Below, piece after piece: positions 10,701 through 21,450 of a stretch of 33,276 nt of DNA; position 1 is the first letter of the stretch, and every line of letters starts with the position of its first letter. The DNA comes from Jimgerdemannia flammicorona (taxonomy: Eukaryota), in NCBI GenBank assembly GCA_003990765.1, contig RBNJ01000317.1, forward strand, positions 1-33,276, given 5' to 3'. The notes beneath the pieces are model-generated. The model searched no databases, had not been told where the DNA came from, and worked only from the letters and a program-made list of their open reading frames with translations. The position numbers were made by a program, and so were the translations under genes.

Positions 10701-12918
10701 AATCGTCTCCCTCGTCAACATCTATTTCGGTATCATCACCTACGACCCCACTACAATTTGGGCGAATGTTTACTTGTGTTGGCTGGGAATACTCGTGGCC
10801 ATCTTCGTGATCAAGCAAATTTCGTACTCATGGCAAGCTATGCGGAACTCGAATAAGGGACTGGAAGCCAAGGCAGACGAAGACAAGCTAGGCATGAGCC
10901 AATTCATTAATGGTGATGTGATGGAGAAGCTCGCGCTCATCACCTGGAAAGATTTCAACGAACGCATAGCAAGCGGCGCCGTTCTCGTCATGGTGGATGA
11001 CTTTGTCTTTGACATTATGGGCTGGGTTGCCTCTCACCCTGGAGGGTCGATGATTCTGAAGCGTGCCAATGGGACAGATATCACCAACGATCTTTTGGGA
11101 CTTCGCCGCGACACTGGCAGCGTATTGAAGAAATCCCCGCCACTACGCCGCCAGGGCTCAGAACCCGGTCCACTAGACAGGAAAGAAAAGGGAGAGTTCG
11201 GCGTTTCCTCGGAGCTGGAAATACACTTGGACAAGGAAAAATTGAAGCGAGCCAGCACCCAAGTTGCCGGTGTAACTTCCAAAATAGGCAGCCAGAGTTT
11301 CTTCATCAGCATACTCCCCGGTGGCTCGATTGCCTCTACGATGGATTACATCAACTCGAATTTCTTCCAGCCAGGCGAGATGGCATGCCACGTACATTCC
11401 GACTACGCCAAACGCAAACTCGCCTCTTTGGTCATCGCTCGTATTGACAACTCGGACGACGGCGGCGCGATGGGCCTCCCAAGCCCCAACCTATCAGGCC
11501 AACGCAACGGACCGGCATCGCCCCCAGGGTCACCCACGGGCATGGTTATGTCCTCTAGTCCGGCGCCAGGCGTGGTATTCCCAAAGTCGACCGTGCCGTT
11601 CCTGCTCCAGGCCCCTTCAACGCGCCGTCAGTTTCGTCGATACGTCCTTATCGAAAAGGTAAACATCGGGCTCGGCGAGCAACCGGTGGTGGCGTTCACG
11701 TTCTCGCCGGTACATGCGGTCAGGGAGGATTTCAGTTTACCTACACTACCGGGGCAGTATGTGGAGCTCATGTCAGAGGTTCGGAAGGAGATGGTTAAGC
11801 GGCCATACAATGTTGTGCGCGGCTCGTTGAGCACGGATTTCACAATCTACGTCAAAAATTATGCGAACGGTAAAATGTCGAGCCACCTCAATCTGGAGCG
11901 CCAGGTTAAAATGGAAATCAGCGTTCGCGGTCCTTTCGATATAACGCACCGCATCGAAGCCGCGGACATTATCTATCGACGACCCAGGGACGTTGATCCT
12001 AACCTTGCTCCTCGACAAGACTCCATCATGTTGAACCCAGAACGTGCCGATGGACGGTGGCGACATGTGTATTCTATCGTTGGAGGAACGGGAATCACGC
12101 CGATTCTCCAACTGATTAAATACTACCAGTACATTCTGCAGGAGGAAGAGCACCACCGGCACGCCAAATCAGCGAATTCTGCACCTGACTCCCCACAAGA
12201 CACGCCAATCGTCACGTGGATCCACATCCTTTTCGCCAACACCACCGTCCTGGACGTTTTCGAAAGCGGGAGGCTCGAATCCCTTGCGACAGACACGGGG
12301 AACCGGTATCTGCGGATTACGATCATCTACATTTTCTCTGAACCGCCAGAGAAGTGGGAAGGTCTGAGTGGGTTCTTGGATCTGGAGAAGGTGGAGGATT
12401 GGGTGCGAAGTCGCCAAGAAAAAATGATGCCATCGACGAACGAATATCGGAACAACAGCGAACCCGTACAAGGAGGGTTACTGTTCGTTCGGGAATCGAA
12501 AAACCGTGGCGCTATCCGCAAGAGCCACTCGATCGGCGATATCACGCAAAGCTCCTCAGCCGGATTGTCACCGCGTGACACGAGTCAGCGCAATTTACGC
12601 CCACAACTGCAGTGGCAAGAATCGGCTGTGCAAGAGCTCGAGGTACCAACAATTACTGTAACTTTGGCAGAAAAGGAGGTAGGGTACAATAGTAATGGGC
12701 ATCCGGATACGACAGAAGAAATCTCGATCCTGCCACTGTCGAGGTCGCTAACGGCTGTTGGAATCGACGCGATTACTAAAATCTCCACGGACGAGAGTCG
12801 GCAGAATGTGGTGATCGTCTGCGGCCCGGAAAAGATGATAGAGCACGTTAAAACCATCTTGACGCAAATAGAGGTGGAGGAGGTTACGGAGAAGAGCTGG
12901 ATTCTTACATTGTATTGA
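7733..12918 (+). CDS. Multidomain membrane redox protein: signal peptide + animal-type heme peroxidase + DOMON + cytochrome b561 + cytochrome b5-like + FAD/NAD(P)H reductase (b5R/FNR family); 1648 aa; exons 7733-8396, 8516-10301, 10422-12918
   Basis: Signal peptide MRAVALVTVIAALSLMGLSFAKA. Peroxidase motifs RPIDNVGNN, FLDASFIYGS (rebuilt across intron 1), FLREHNRQC, FRYGHS, RARDQGLPLYN, QFTRLRDSDRFWY. DOMON motifs GWFGIG, SMEGADF, YHGGNRG. Four b561 His in hydrophobic helices (VHG, IHR, VHA, THK). b5 motifs VFDI..W..SHPGG..GTDIT and HS..A. Reductase motifs RPY, GKMSSHL, RGPF, GGTGITP, LFAN, CGP. Both GT-AG introns keep the frame. Confidence 0.93.
8397..8515 (+). other. Spliceosomal intron 1 (119 nt, phase 1)
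   Basis: gttcgt...cacag; removal joins ORF 7709-8455 to ORF 8443-12918 and restores IYGSTD. Confidence 0.9.
10302..10421 (+). other. Spliceosomal intron 2 (120 nt, phase 2, in frame, no stop codon)
   Basis: gtcggt...aaacag with a long poly-T tract; removal gives the b561-like IYIMRFSKHW..IHRVLQ. Confidence 0.8.
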
Positions 12919-13234
12919 AAGAATGGCGTTTGTTATAGTCATGTAATACTTCTCCTAAATCTCAACAACCGCTTGTATCATGCAGTTGACATTATCTGTA
13001 CTACCCTAGTAATAACACAATAACTATTAAAAAAATCTGCCGACTGCATTAATGCTGAAGAAAGCATCGTGTTGTAAAGCCAGAATGAGAAGTGCCAATT
13101 GCCTTCCATGCAAAGTCATTTCTGGGTTCAAACAAAACCGAGGCTTCCTATTCGGACACTCTAACGCAGGAGTCATTGGCGACAAACGCGTGAGCTGAGT
13201 CCAACAAAGCAATATCGTCTGCCTTGCCTCAGTC

Positions 13235-13358
13235 TCAAATGGCATCGCACCCCCCTCTCCTGTACATACACGCCATCGTGGTAGGTTGAGTCCTTCCAGA
13301 TCGAGGTGATGTCGCCCTCGAGATTAAGACCACTGTCGGATTGCTCGACCAAGTTCAT
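13235..13358 (-). pseudogene. Truncated BTB-gene exon-1 fragment
   Basis: Translates MNLVEQSDSGLNLEGDITSIWKDSTYHD, homologous to the N-terminus of the intact BTB-SPRY genes, then degenerates; its upstream region (13360-13640) matches 17615-17900. Confidence 0.8.
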
Positions 13359-14111
13359 AAAAGCGAATGAAAAAAGGAGTTTTGTTTGGAACTCGTGAGA
13401 TTTGGTTTCGACTCGCATGTTTTATATCGAAATCGTGGCGCAGCGTTGATTAGGTTGATCAAATCGGTGGTAACATACGAGACACATGGAGCAACGGGAG
13501 ATACCTACTTGAAAATCGAGCGCATTGCGGAGCGTCCAACTCAACTCATCGCATTGCGATTCGACGTCTTTGCCATAATACCTGATGTGCACCTTTTACA
13601 TATGGCTCAAACTATAAAATTCAAGCGTGTCGATTCTGAAGGTCAGTCGGATGAAAAATAGTTATAATATTCCCTTTCTTTTCTTGTAATTATCTAGTTG
13701 GCCTCTAGGTGGCATAAATTAAACAACAATTACAAAGGAATGTGTAGGGGACATGCTGCGAAGAACATGTGTATATGTGCTGAATCTCTGAACGGAGGTT
13801 CTAGCGCTCATAATTATCGACCGTTCGAGTGTTGCTTGTCTTGGTTAAGCATTCAGTGATGGTGGGTCAGGGATGTTTGTGCTGCATGAAATACGATGAA
13901 TTTGAATTGGGATACTCCTCGAATACAGATATTTATTTCAGAAGCTAAAAAATTTATTGTTAACATTCAATCGCTATTTGTCCCCAGTGCTACTTATAGA
14001 TGGCACCATTTAAACTATTTATAGCTCATTGTGATGGTGATGTGATACAAATCCGTTTTGATACAAAACGATAACTATTGTGAAGCGAAGAGCAAATGGA
14101 CTATTAATCAT

Positions 14112-15595
14112 TCATTGACGATCCTTTATCCGATACTTGCATCCTTCATATACACAAACCGCAGGGTACACCATGTCGGGAACATTTGCCCAGGTCGCCC
14201 CATAATTGATTCCATTGATTGAAATGGTCCAGGTATGTTGAGTTTGGTTTAAATGCAAAGATATAATATCACCATTTTGAATACCTTTGCCGTAATTTGC
14301 ATTGAGACACGATGTTCCGCCATAAATATATCCTCTGTTGTATTGAGTGTAGAAACTCCATGCACCTTGTCGGCTTAACATGCTTCCATCAAACAGTGTG
14401 AATTCCTCCTCAACGAGCCCAATCATACAGGTGACTTGGTTGGCAGACGATCCAATGGATTCAACGATAATGTCCCATTGGCATAGACCGTCGTGAATCA
14501 CCGTTCCGGGGACAGAAAGGCGTGCTGTCTGCGGCAAAGTCCCGGATGGAATCTCCACAACCTTCCCGTCTTTGGAAACCACCAATCCAGACCCGATTTT
14601 CGATCGATCCCACTGGAGATTGCGACTTGCGGACGGGTGACCTGTAGGGCATACGGTGTTCTTGCAGGCGTGGTGGCAAAACGCCATATAGAGTGGAGAC
14701 GTCTCCGCAAAGGCGTCAATTGCCTCCGCGACGGTCTTGAGTCGATGCGGGCAAATGAGCGTGAGGTCAAATTGGCTCATCATTTTGAGCAGCAAGGCAC
14801 GCGACGCGCCATCACCTAACCGGACCGTGCCAGCGCAGCCAGGAACCATGTTGTAGATGTTACGCAGAATAGCGTGGCGCTCCGAAGCCGAAGGCGCCTT
14901 CTCGTTGCGTCGCCAGGCCCAGTCGACGATGCACAGTAACAGATTGTCTACGGGCGTGGAAAGGGTCGCTACCTCGACGAGGAGCAGCTTGAGGGCTTCT
15001 TCGGAGAGATCGGTGAGCTCTCCGATGGCGAACTTGCGTGTGCGGAAGGGGTGGAGGAGGACGTCATAGAGGTCCTTGTTGGCTTTGCTCCAAGGTATGG
15101 CGGCGACGGCCTCATTGAGCAGGGATAAGGCCACTCCAAAATCGGCGAGGTTGTACGCGCGTTCCAGCACCATCTTCATGAGCTTCGGGAGGAGGAGAAA
15201 GCTTGATGCACGGTATATTGCTACTGCGATGGAATTGTTGAAGGCGATGTCGATGGATTCGGTGTAAATAAAGCCGAGGATGGTGTTGAGCACCGCGGAG
15301 GTGATGTCGTTGAGCACAACACGATTAGAGGAACCTTTTTGCATGGTTCCATACAGCATTGTCTTGAAGACTGGACATCTTTCAAGAGAAGATGGAATTT
15401 AATGTAATGAAAAACTACTAACACAACTGCATAAGAGAACCGAAATCAGACAAACCTTGAAGCCAGTATGGCACGGCATGCGCCTAGCTCGACACCGTCA
15501 GCACAGACGATTGTCACATCGTCGTAGGTTGGGTCTTTCCATATGCAGGCGATATCGTCCTTGAGACTAAAACCACTGTCGCATTGGTCGGCCAT
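14112..15595 (-). CDS. BTB/POZ + SPRY(B30.2)-like domain protein, copy 1; 468 aa; exons 15595-15456 and 15378-14112
   Basis: BTB motifs DVTIVCADG..LGACRAILASRCPVFKTMLYG and ILGFIYT. SPRY-like C-terminus WDIIVE..MIGLV..YG..IQNGDIISLHLN..ING..YG..VYPAVCV. 77-nt GT-AG intron 15379-15455 keeps the frame. Confidence 0.9.
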
Positions 15596-15754
15596 GTTTA
15601 CAAAAGCGAGAGAAAGGAAGAGTTCTCTTTGTCGATGGGTGAATTGTGGTGTCGGCTGTAGAAGAATTCGTTCGTATATTTATATCTAAATCGTGGAAAT
15701 CTTTTTTGAATCCTGGACAGTCCTGATTTTTTTTTTTTTTAGTATTAGTTTTGG

Positions 15755-16145
15755 CAGCCCTGGTATTTTTAATCTCATTTTTATCCGCAGTCCTGTTATT
15801 TTTAACTTTATTTTTATCCGCAGTCCTCCGCAGTCCGGGTATTTCCGACTGCAGTCCTCCGAAGTTCCACAGTCTCCCGATCGTGTGACGGGAAAACAAA
15901 CCTACAGGCGCAGCGTGCGCAGCGTGAGCATATGGTCTTGAAAGAAGCTTCTCTGCAGTCCTGGTATTTTCGTCTGCAGTCCTGACTCTCGTCATTTTAG
16001 TTCCGCAGTCATAGAATTTTCGGTATTTTCTTCAGGAGCCGAGCTATTTTAGTCTGCAGTCCTGACATTTTCGTTCCACAGTCCTGGTATTTTAGTCTTT
16101 TAGTCTGTAGTCCTCCGCAGTTCTGGCATTTTTGTCCACGGTCCT
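15755..16145. repeat. Degenerate repeats of ggtattttYgtctgcagtcct, upstream of BTB-SPRY copy 1
   Basis: Many copies of (c/t)gcagtcct with attttt spacers; a homologous tract lies at 19795-20005. Confidence 0.8.
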
Positions 16146-16457
16146 TCTTAAGATTATCTATAATATATTGAGAAGATTCTTAAATATCTTAAATATATAT
16201 ATATATATATATATTAAATTTAAAAAGTATAAATTTAAAGAAATAAAGATTGTATATCTTAAATTTAATTTAAATACTTAATTTAAAATAATATATTAAT
16301 CTTATATTACTAGTATTTAATTATTGTTAAAAAGATATATATATTGAAATTTATACTTAACTAATATAATTAATATTATATAAAAATATAACTCTATTTA
16401 TATTATAATAATAAGTTAATACTTAGCTATAGTATATATATAGCTATAGTAGATAAC

Positions 16458-16558
16458 TAGTGCTCTCAAATAAATCAAATCAATTCAAATTAAATTGAAT
16501 TGAGAGTTATTCAATTTGAATCAAATTGGACCTTTGATTCAATTTATTAAGAGCATTA
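16458..16558. mobile_element. ~100-bp MITE-like relic with decayed terminal inverted repeats
   Basis: Left end tagtgctctcaaataaatcaaatcaa versus reverse complement of right end taatgctcttaataaattgaatcaa; internal aattcaa/ttgaat repeats; no TSD found. Confidence 0.5.
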
Positions 16559-16844
16559 TAATTTTTTTAAAAAAATAAAATAAAAAAAAAATAAAAATTA
16601 ACAGATATAGATATTATTAAATTTAAAATATATATAATATTTTATTGTATTATTTACAATAATTGTGATTTATATAGAAATGAACTTTAGCTTTAAAGTA
16701 ATTAGAGTAATATATAGCTTAAATATTAAAAATTATATTTTTATAGGCTTTTATTAGTTTTTTATTATTATTAAAGATAGTATTTTAGATAACACATTAA
16801 TATAATATATATAATACTTAGTTTTAAATATAATAATATAAAAA

Positions 16845-17160
16845 CAAGTAAGCTAACAAGTCAGCTAATAAGTAAGCTAAAGGTTTAAATATAATGGTAA
16901 TACTAACTAATAAGTAAGCTGAAAGCTTTAAATATAACAGTGATACTAGTTAATAAGTGAGCTAAAATATATCAGTTATTTAGTAAGCTAAGAGCTTAAT
17001 ATATATATAGATAGCAGTGATACCAGCTAACAAACAAGAGCTTTGAATATAATAGTAATGCCAGCTGACAAGTGAGCTAAGAGCTTTGAATGTAGTGGTG
17101 ATGCAATAAAAAAGCTTTAAATATGACAGTGACGCAAGTAGTGTGATTAAGAGCTTCACA
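16845..17160. repeat. Degenerate ~43-bp tandem repeat in an AT-rich block
   Basis: Recurring aagtRagcta-agctttRaatat-cagtgatac units. Confidence 0.65.
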
Positions 17161-17164
17161 TATT

Positions 17165-17604
17165 CATAGGATGGCGACACCAAAATCAGCGAGGTTGTGC
17201 ATGTCTTCCAGCATGAGTTTTGGGAGGAGGAAAAAGCTTGCTGCATGTTATATTCCTACCGTGATGGCAATATCGACAGTGTTATTGATGGTCTCCGTGT
17301 AAATGAACCCGTGGACAATGTTGAGCACTGTAGAGGTGATGTCGTTGCGGATGACGCGAAGAGAAGAACTCTCTCGCTTGCTGCCGTAAAGCATCGCCTA
17401 GAAGATCAGGCTTCTTTTAAGAAATTACATGAAATAAAATATAAGGAAGGTGTCATGGACAGCGACAAACGGTGTATGAGAATGGAGTACGGCACGGCAT
17501 GCGCCTAGCTCGACACCATCAGCGCAGACGAAGGTCACATCGTGCTTCCAGATGGAGGTGGTGTCCCACTTGAGACTAAGACCACTGTCCGATTGCTTGA
17601 TCAT
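17165..17604 (-). pseudogene. BTB-gene pseudogene (exon 1, intron and 5' part of exon 2)
   Basis: MIKQSDSGLSLKWDTTSIWKHDVTFVCADGVELGACRAVL, then LIF*AMLYGSKRESSLRVIRNDITSTVLNIVHGFIYTE..GI*HAASFFLLPKLM..NLADFGVAIL*; in-frame stops; truncated at the AT-rich repeat block. Confidence 0.88.
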
Positions 17605-18190
17605 GTTCACGAAAGGGAGTGAAAAAAAAAGAGGTTTGTTTGGAACCCGCGAGGTTTGGTTTCGACTGCAATATTATTATATAGATACCGTGGCGCAGGG
17701 TTGATATGGTTGATCAAAAGAAATTATTTCGGTGGTAATATATGCCAAGATCGCCGACCCAGCGCTTGAAAATCGAGCGCATTGCGGAGTGTCCTACTCA
17801 ACGCATCGTATTGCGATTCCATGTTTTTGCCATCACATCTCATTTACCTGTTTGTGTAGGTAGCTCAAAAATATAAATACAAGCGCGTCTCTTGATTCCG
17901 AAGATCATAGCGCTCATAATTGTGGAGTTTATGTAGTATAAGTTTCCACCATTCGAATGTTCATTAGAGGTGCTTATGTTGGTCAAGAATTTATCACACC
18001 TTCGAATACTGATGTATATTTCTTTTTATTGTTAACATCCAACCATTGTTTCTCCACAATGCCACTTAAAGCAAATATAAAATACAGATATAAATGGTAC
18101 CATTTAAAATATTGATATCCGTGATACAAATCGTTTTTGATACAAAACGATAAATATTGCGAAGCTAAGAGAAAATGGACTACTAATCAC

Positions 18191-19676
18191 TCATCGACGA
18201 TCCCTTATCCGAAACTTGCATCCCCGATATACACAAACAGCAGGGTACACCTTGTCGGGGAGATTGCCCCAGGCCAACCCATAATTGATTCCATTGATTG
18301 ATATGGCCCAGTTATGGTCGGTTTTGTTTAAATGCAAAGTTATAATATCGCCATTTTGAATGCCTTTGCCGTAATTTGAATTGAGACACGTTGATTTGCC
18401 ATACGTATATCCTATGTTGTTATGGATGTAGAAAGTCCATGAACTTTGGTGGCATAACATGCTTCCATCAAATTGTGTGAATTCCTCTCCAACGAGTCCA
18501 ATCATACAAGTGACTCGGTTGCTAGACGATCCAATGGATTCAACAATAATGTCCCATTCGCATAGACCGTCGTGAATCACCGTCCCAGGGACAGAAAGAC
18601 GTGCTGTCTGTGGCAAAGTCCCCGATGTAATCTCTACAACCTTCCCATCCTTGGATACCACCAATTCAGAACCGATTTTCGATCGATCCCACTGAAGATT
18701 GAGACTTGTGGACGGGTGACCTGTAGGGCATACGGTGTTCTTGCAGGCGTGATGGCGAAACGCCGTATAGAGTGGAGAGGTCTCCGCAAAGATGTCAATT
18801 GCCTCCGTGAGGGTCTTTAGTCGATGTGGGCAAATGAGCGTGAGGTCAAATTGGCTCATCATTTTGTGCAGCAAGGCGCGCGACGCGCCATCTCCTAACC
18901 GGACCGTGCCAGCGCAGCCAGGAACCATGTCGTAGATGTTAAGCAGAATAGCGTGGCGCTCCGAAGCCGACGGCGCCTTCTCGTTGCGTCGCCAGGCCCA
19001 GTCGATGATGCACAGCAACAGATCGTGTACGGGAGTGGAAAGGGTCGCTATCTCGACGAGGAGCAGCTTGAGGGCTTCTTCGGAGAGAATGGTGAGCTCT
19101 CCGATGGCAAACTTGCGTGTGCGGAAGGGGTGAAGGAGGACGTCATAGAAGTCCTTGTTGGCTTTGTTCCACGGTATGGCTGCGACGGCCTCATTGAGCA
19201 GGGATGAGGCCACACCAAAATCTGCGAGGTTGTACGCGTGTTCCAGCACCATCTTCATGAGCTTCGGGAGCAGGAGAAAGCTTGATGCGCGGTATATTTC
19301 TACCGCGATGGAATTGTAGAAGGCAATGTCGTTGGATTCGGTGTAAATAAAACTGAGGATGGTGTTGAGCACCGGGGAGGTGATGTCGTTGAGCACAACA
19401 CGATGAGAGGAACCCTCTCGCTTGTTTCCGTACAGCATTGCCTTGAAGACTGGACATCTTTCAAGAGACCAGATGGAATTTAATGTAATGAAAACCGACG
19501 AATACCACTACATAAGAGAATCGAAATCGGACAGACCTTGAAGCCAGAATGGCACGGCATGCACCTAGCTCGACACCGTCAGCACAGACGATGGCCACAT
19601 CGTAGTAGATCGGGTCTTTCCATATACAGGCGATATCGTCCTTGAGACTAAAACCACTGTCGTATTGATCGGCCAT
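18191..19676 (-). CDS. BTB/POZ + SPRY(B30.2)-like domain protein, copy 2; 468 aa; exons 19676-19537 and 19457-18191
   Basis: Colinear paralog of copy 1 with the same exon lengths (140 + 1267 nt); 79-nt GT-AG intron 19458-19536. Confidence 0.9.
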
Positions 19677-19794
19677 GTTTACGAAAGGATCTCTTTGTCG
19701 ATGGTTGAAGTGTGGTGTAGGCTATAGAAAGAATTCGTTCGTAGATTTATATCTAAATCGTGGAAATCTTTTTGGACAGCCTGATTTTTTTTTA

Positions 19795-20005
19795 TAGTCC
19801 CGGTGCTGGTATTTTTAACTTCATTTTTATCCGCAGTCCTTATGGTATTTTAGTCTGCAGTCGGGTATTTTCGTCTGCAGTCCTGTGCAGTCCTGGAATT
19901 TTCGACTGCAGTCTTCCACGGTCCTCCGCAGCTCTGCTATTTTAGTCTGCAGACTAAAATACCTCTAACTAAAATGCCAGTCCTTCCGAACTAAAATGCC
20001 AGGCC
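19795..20005. repeat. ctgcagtcct repeat tract with an internal inversion and a 24-bp perfect palindrome
   Basis: tattttagtctgcagactaaaata at 19938-19961; units downstream are inverted (aactaaaatgccag). Confidence 0.8.
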
Positions 20006-20096
20006 TGCCACCAGCGCAGACGATGGTCACATCGTCCTTCCAGATGGAGGCGATATCTTCCTTGAGACTAAGACCGCTATCGGATTGCTCTACCAT
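20006..20096 (-). pseudogene. Truncated BTB-gene exon-1 fragment
   Basis: MVEQSDSGLSLKEDIASIWKDDVTIVCAGG, broken off at the ctgcagtcc repeat tract; upstream gtttacaaaagcgagagaaa matches the copy-1 5' region. Confidence 0.85.
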
Positions 20097-20928
20097 GTTT
20101 ACAAAAGCGAGAGAAATGAAGAGGTCTGTTTAAATGGTTGAGGTGTGGCTTCGACTACGGAAAAAAATTATTTTTGCCACAGCTTTGACATAGATGGTCG
20201 CTGTCAAGGTTATGAAAACTAAGTGTGAACAGGTGCATCATCGATCCAGCACCAAAAAAAAAGGGAGTGCATTGTGGATGGTCCAATGCAGGTTGACGTA
20301 CATTGCTTATGTCGGCAGTTCATATAAAATCACAGATGTCAACGTAAGGCCAAAAAAATTCGCCACTTTGGTTATATTGTCTGTTATTGAAGCATTTGGA
20401 AGATCTGTCACTCGAAAATGTTTTTTTTTTTTTCATTAAAGTTCTCTTGTAACCAATAGTTAAATGTTGACAAATTCATTTGTTCAAATTTATGCTTAAT
20501 TATCAACTCTATCCAATAGAATATACGTACTAAAACAGAATTTCGACCATTCCAACGTTCGTTAGGTCTAGATCGCTCTTTTACCTCTCAAGTCTCAATC
20601 ATCACCCCATTCTCACCACCCCATTCTTGTTACCCCATTCTCACTACCTCATTCTTGCCACTCTGTTCTTACTATCTTGTTCTTACCAACAATTGTATCT
20701 TGCTATCCACATTGGTATACTATCTGAACACACCATCTCACTACCCTTTTCTCCATTCCTAGATATGCCTCAATACTTGTTCCAGGTGTATTACATTTAT
20801 TCAGTATTGCATGCTTGCTTCCCACCATAGTAGTGACTTAGCTACAGTGGTGGCTTATCTGTAGAAGTGGGGGTAGGGGTGACTTGGAGGCCAGTTATTG
20901 GAGTATCCCATGATCTATGCCTATGATA

Positions 20929-21200
20929 TACTCTCTTGCTTAAGGAGGACCTCTCATGGCTGATCTCTGGCATCTTGTCCCAGATAGCATCAGCTTCAGT
21001 AGAGGCTGGTCAGGGGGATGTCCTCTAATCTGCACTAATGAAGTACTCTCTCTCTCAAGAAGAACCTCTTGCAGCCAGTCTCCATTATTCTATCCCAGAT
21101 AGTATCAGCTCTAGAGGAGAATGGTCAGGGGGATATCTCCCAATCTGTACTGATAAAGTACTTTCTCTCCCAAGGAGGACCTCTTGCAGTTAGTCTCTGG
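20929..21200. repeat. ~115-bp degenerate tandem repeat, ~2.4 copies
   Basis: tactYtct..aaggaggacctct..cccagatag..tggtcagggggat units starting near 20929, 21044 and 21159. Confidence 0.8.
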
Positions 21201-21263
21201 TATCCCATTCTGAGTGTTTTCTTTATTTTTTTTTTTTCATAATTGACCACACCCCTGTCTCAC

Positions 21264-21450
21264 CAGTTTCTTATCTATCAGTTTCTCACCTGTCAGTTTC
21301 TCACATGCTGGTTTCTCACCTGCTGGTTTCTTACCTACCAGTTTCTTATCTACTGGTTTCTTGTCTGCCAGTTTTTTGCCTGCTGGTTTCTTGCTCACTA
21401 GTTTCTTGCCTACCAGTTTCTTGCCTATCAGTTACTTACTTATCAGTTTC
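21264..21450. repeat. 15-bp minisatellite, ~12 copies (YRgtttctYRcctRc)
   Basis: cagtttc/tggtttc units at 15-bp period; variants fit decay of ancestral CG to CA or TG. Confidence 0.9.

Noticed and set aside
7733..12918. Calling the gene DUOX/NOX
   Set aside because: No EF-hands or NOX-type ferric-reductase membrane core seen; the membrane part is DOMON-b561 and the flavin domain is b5R-like.
14461..15267. Short ORFs overlapping the BTB-SPRY genes and the redox gene
   Set aside because: Antisense or alternate-frame shadows of GC-rich coding sequence.
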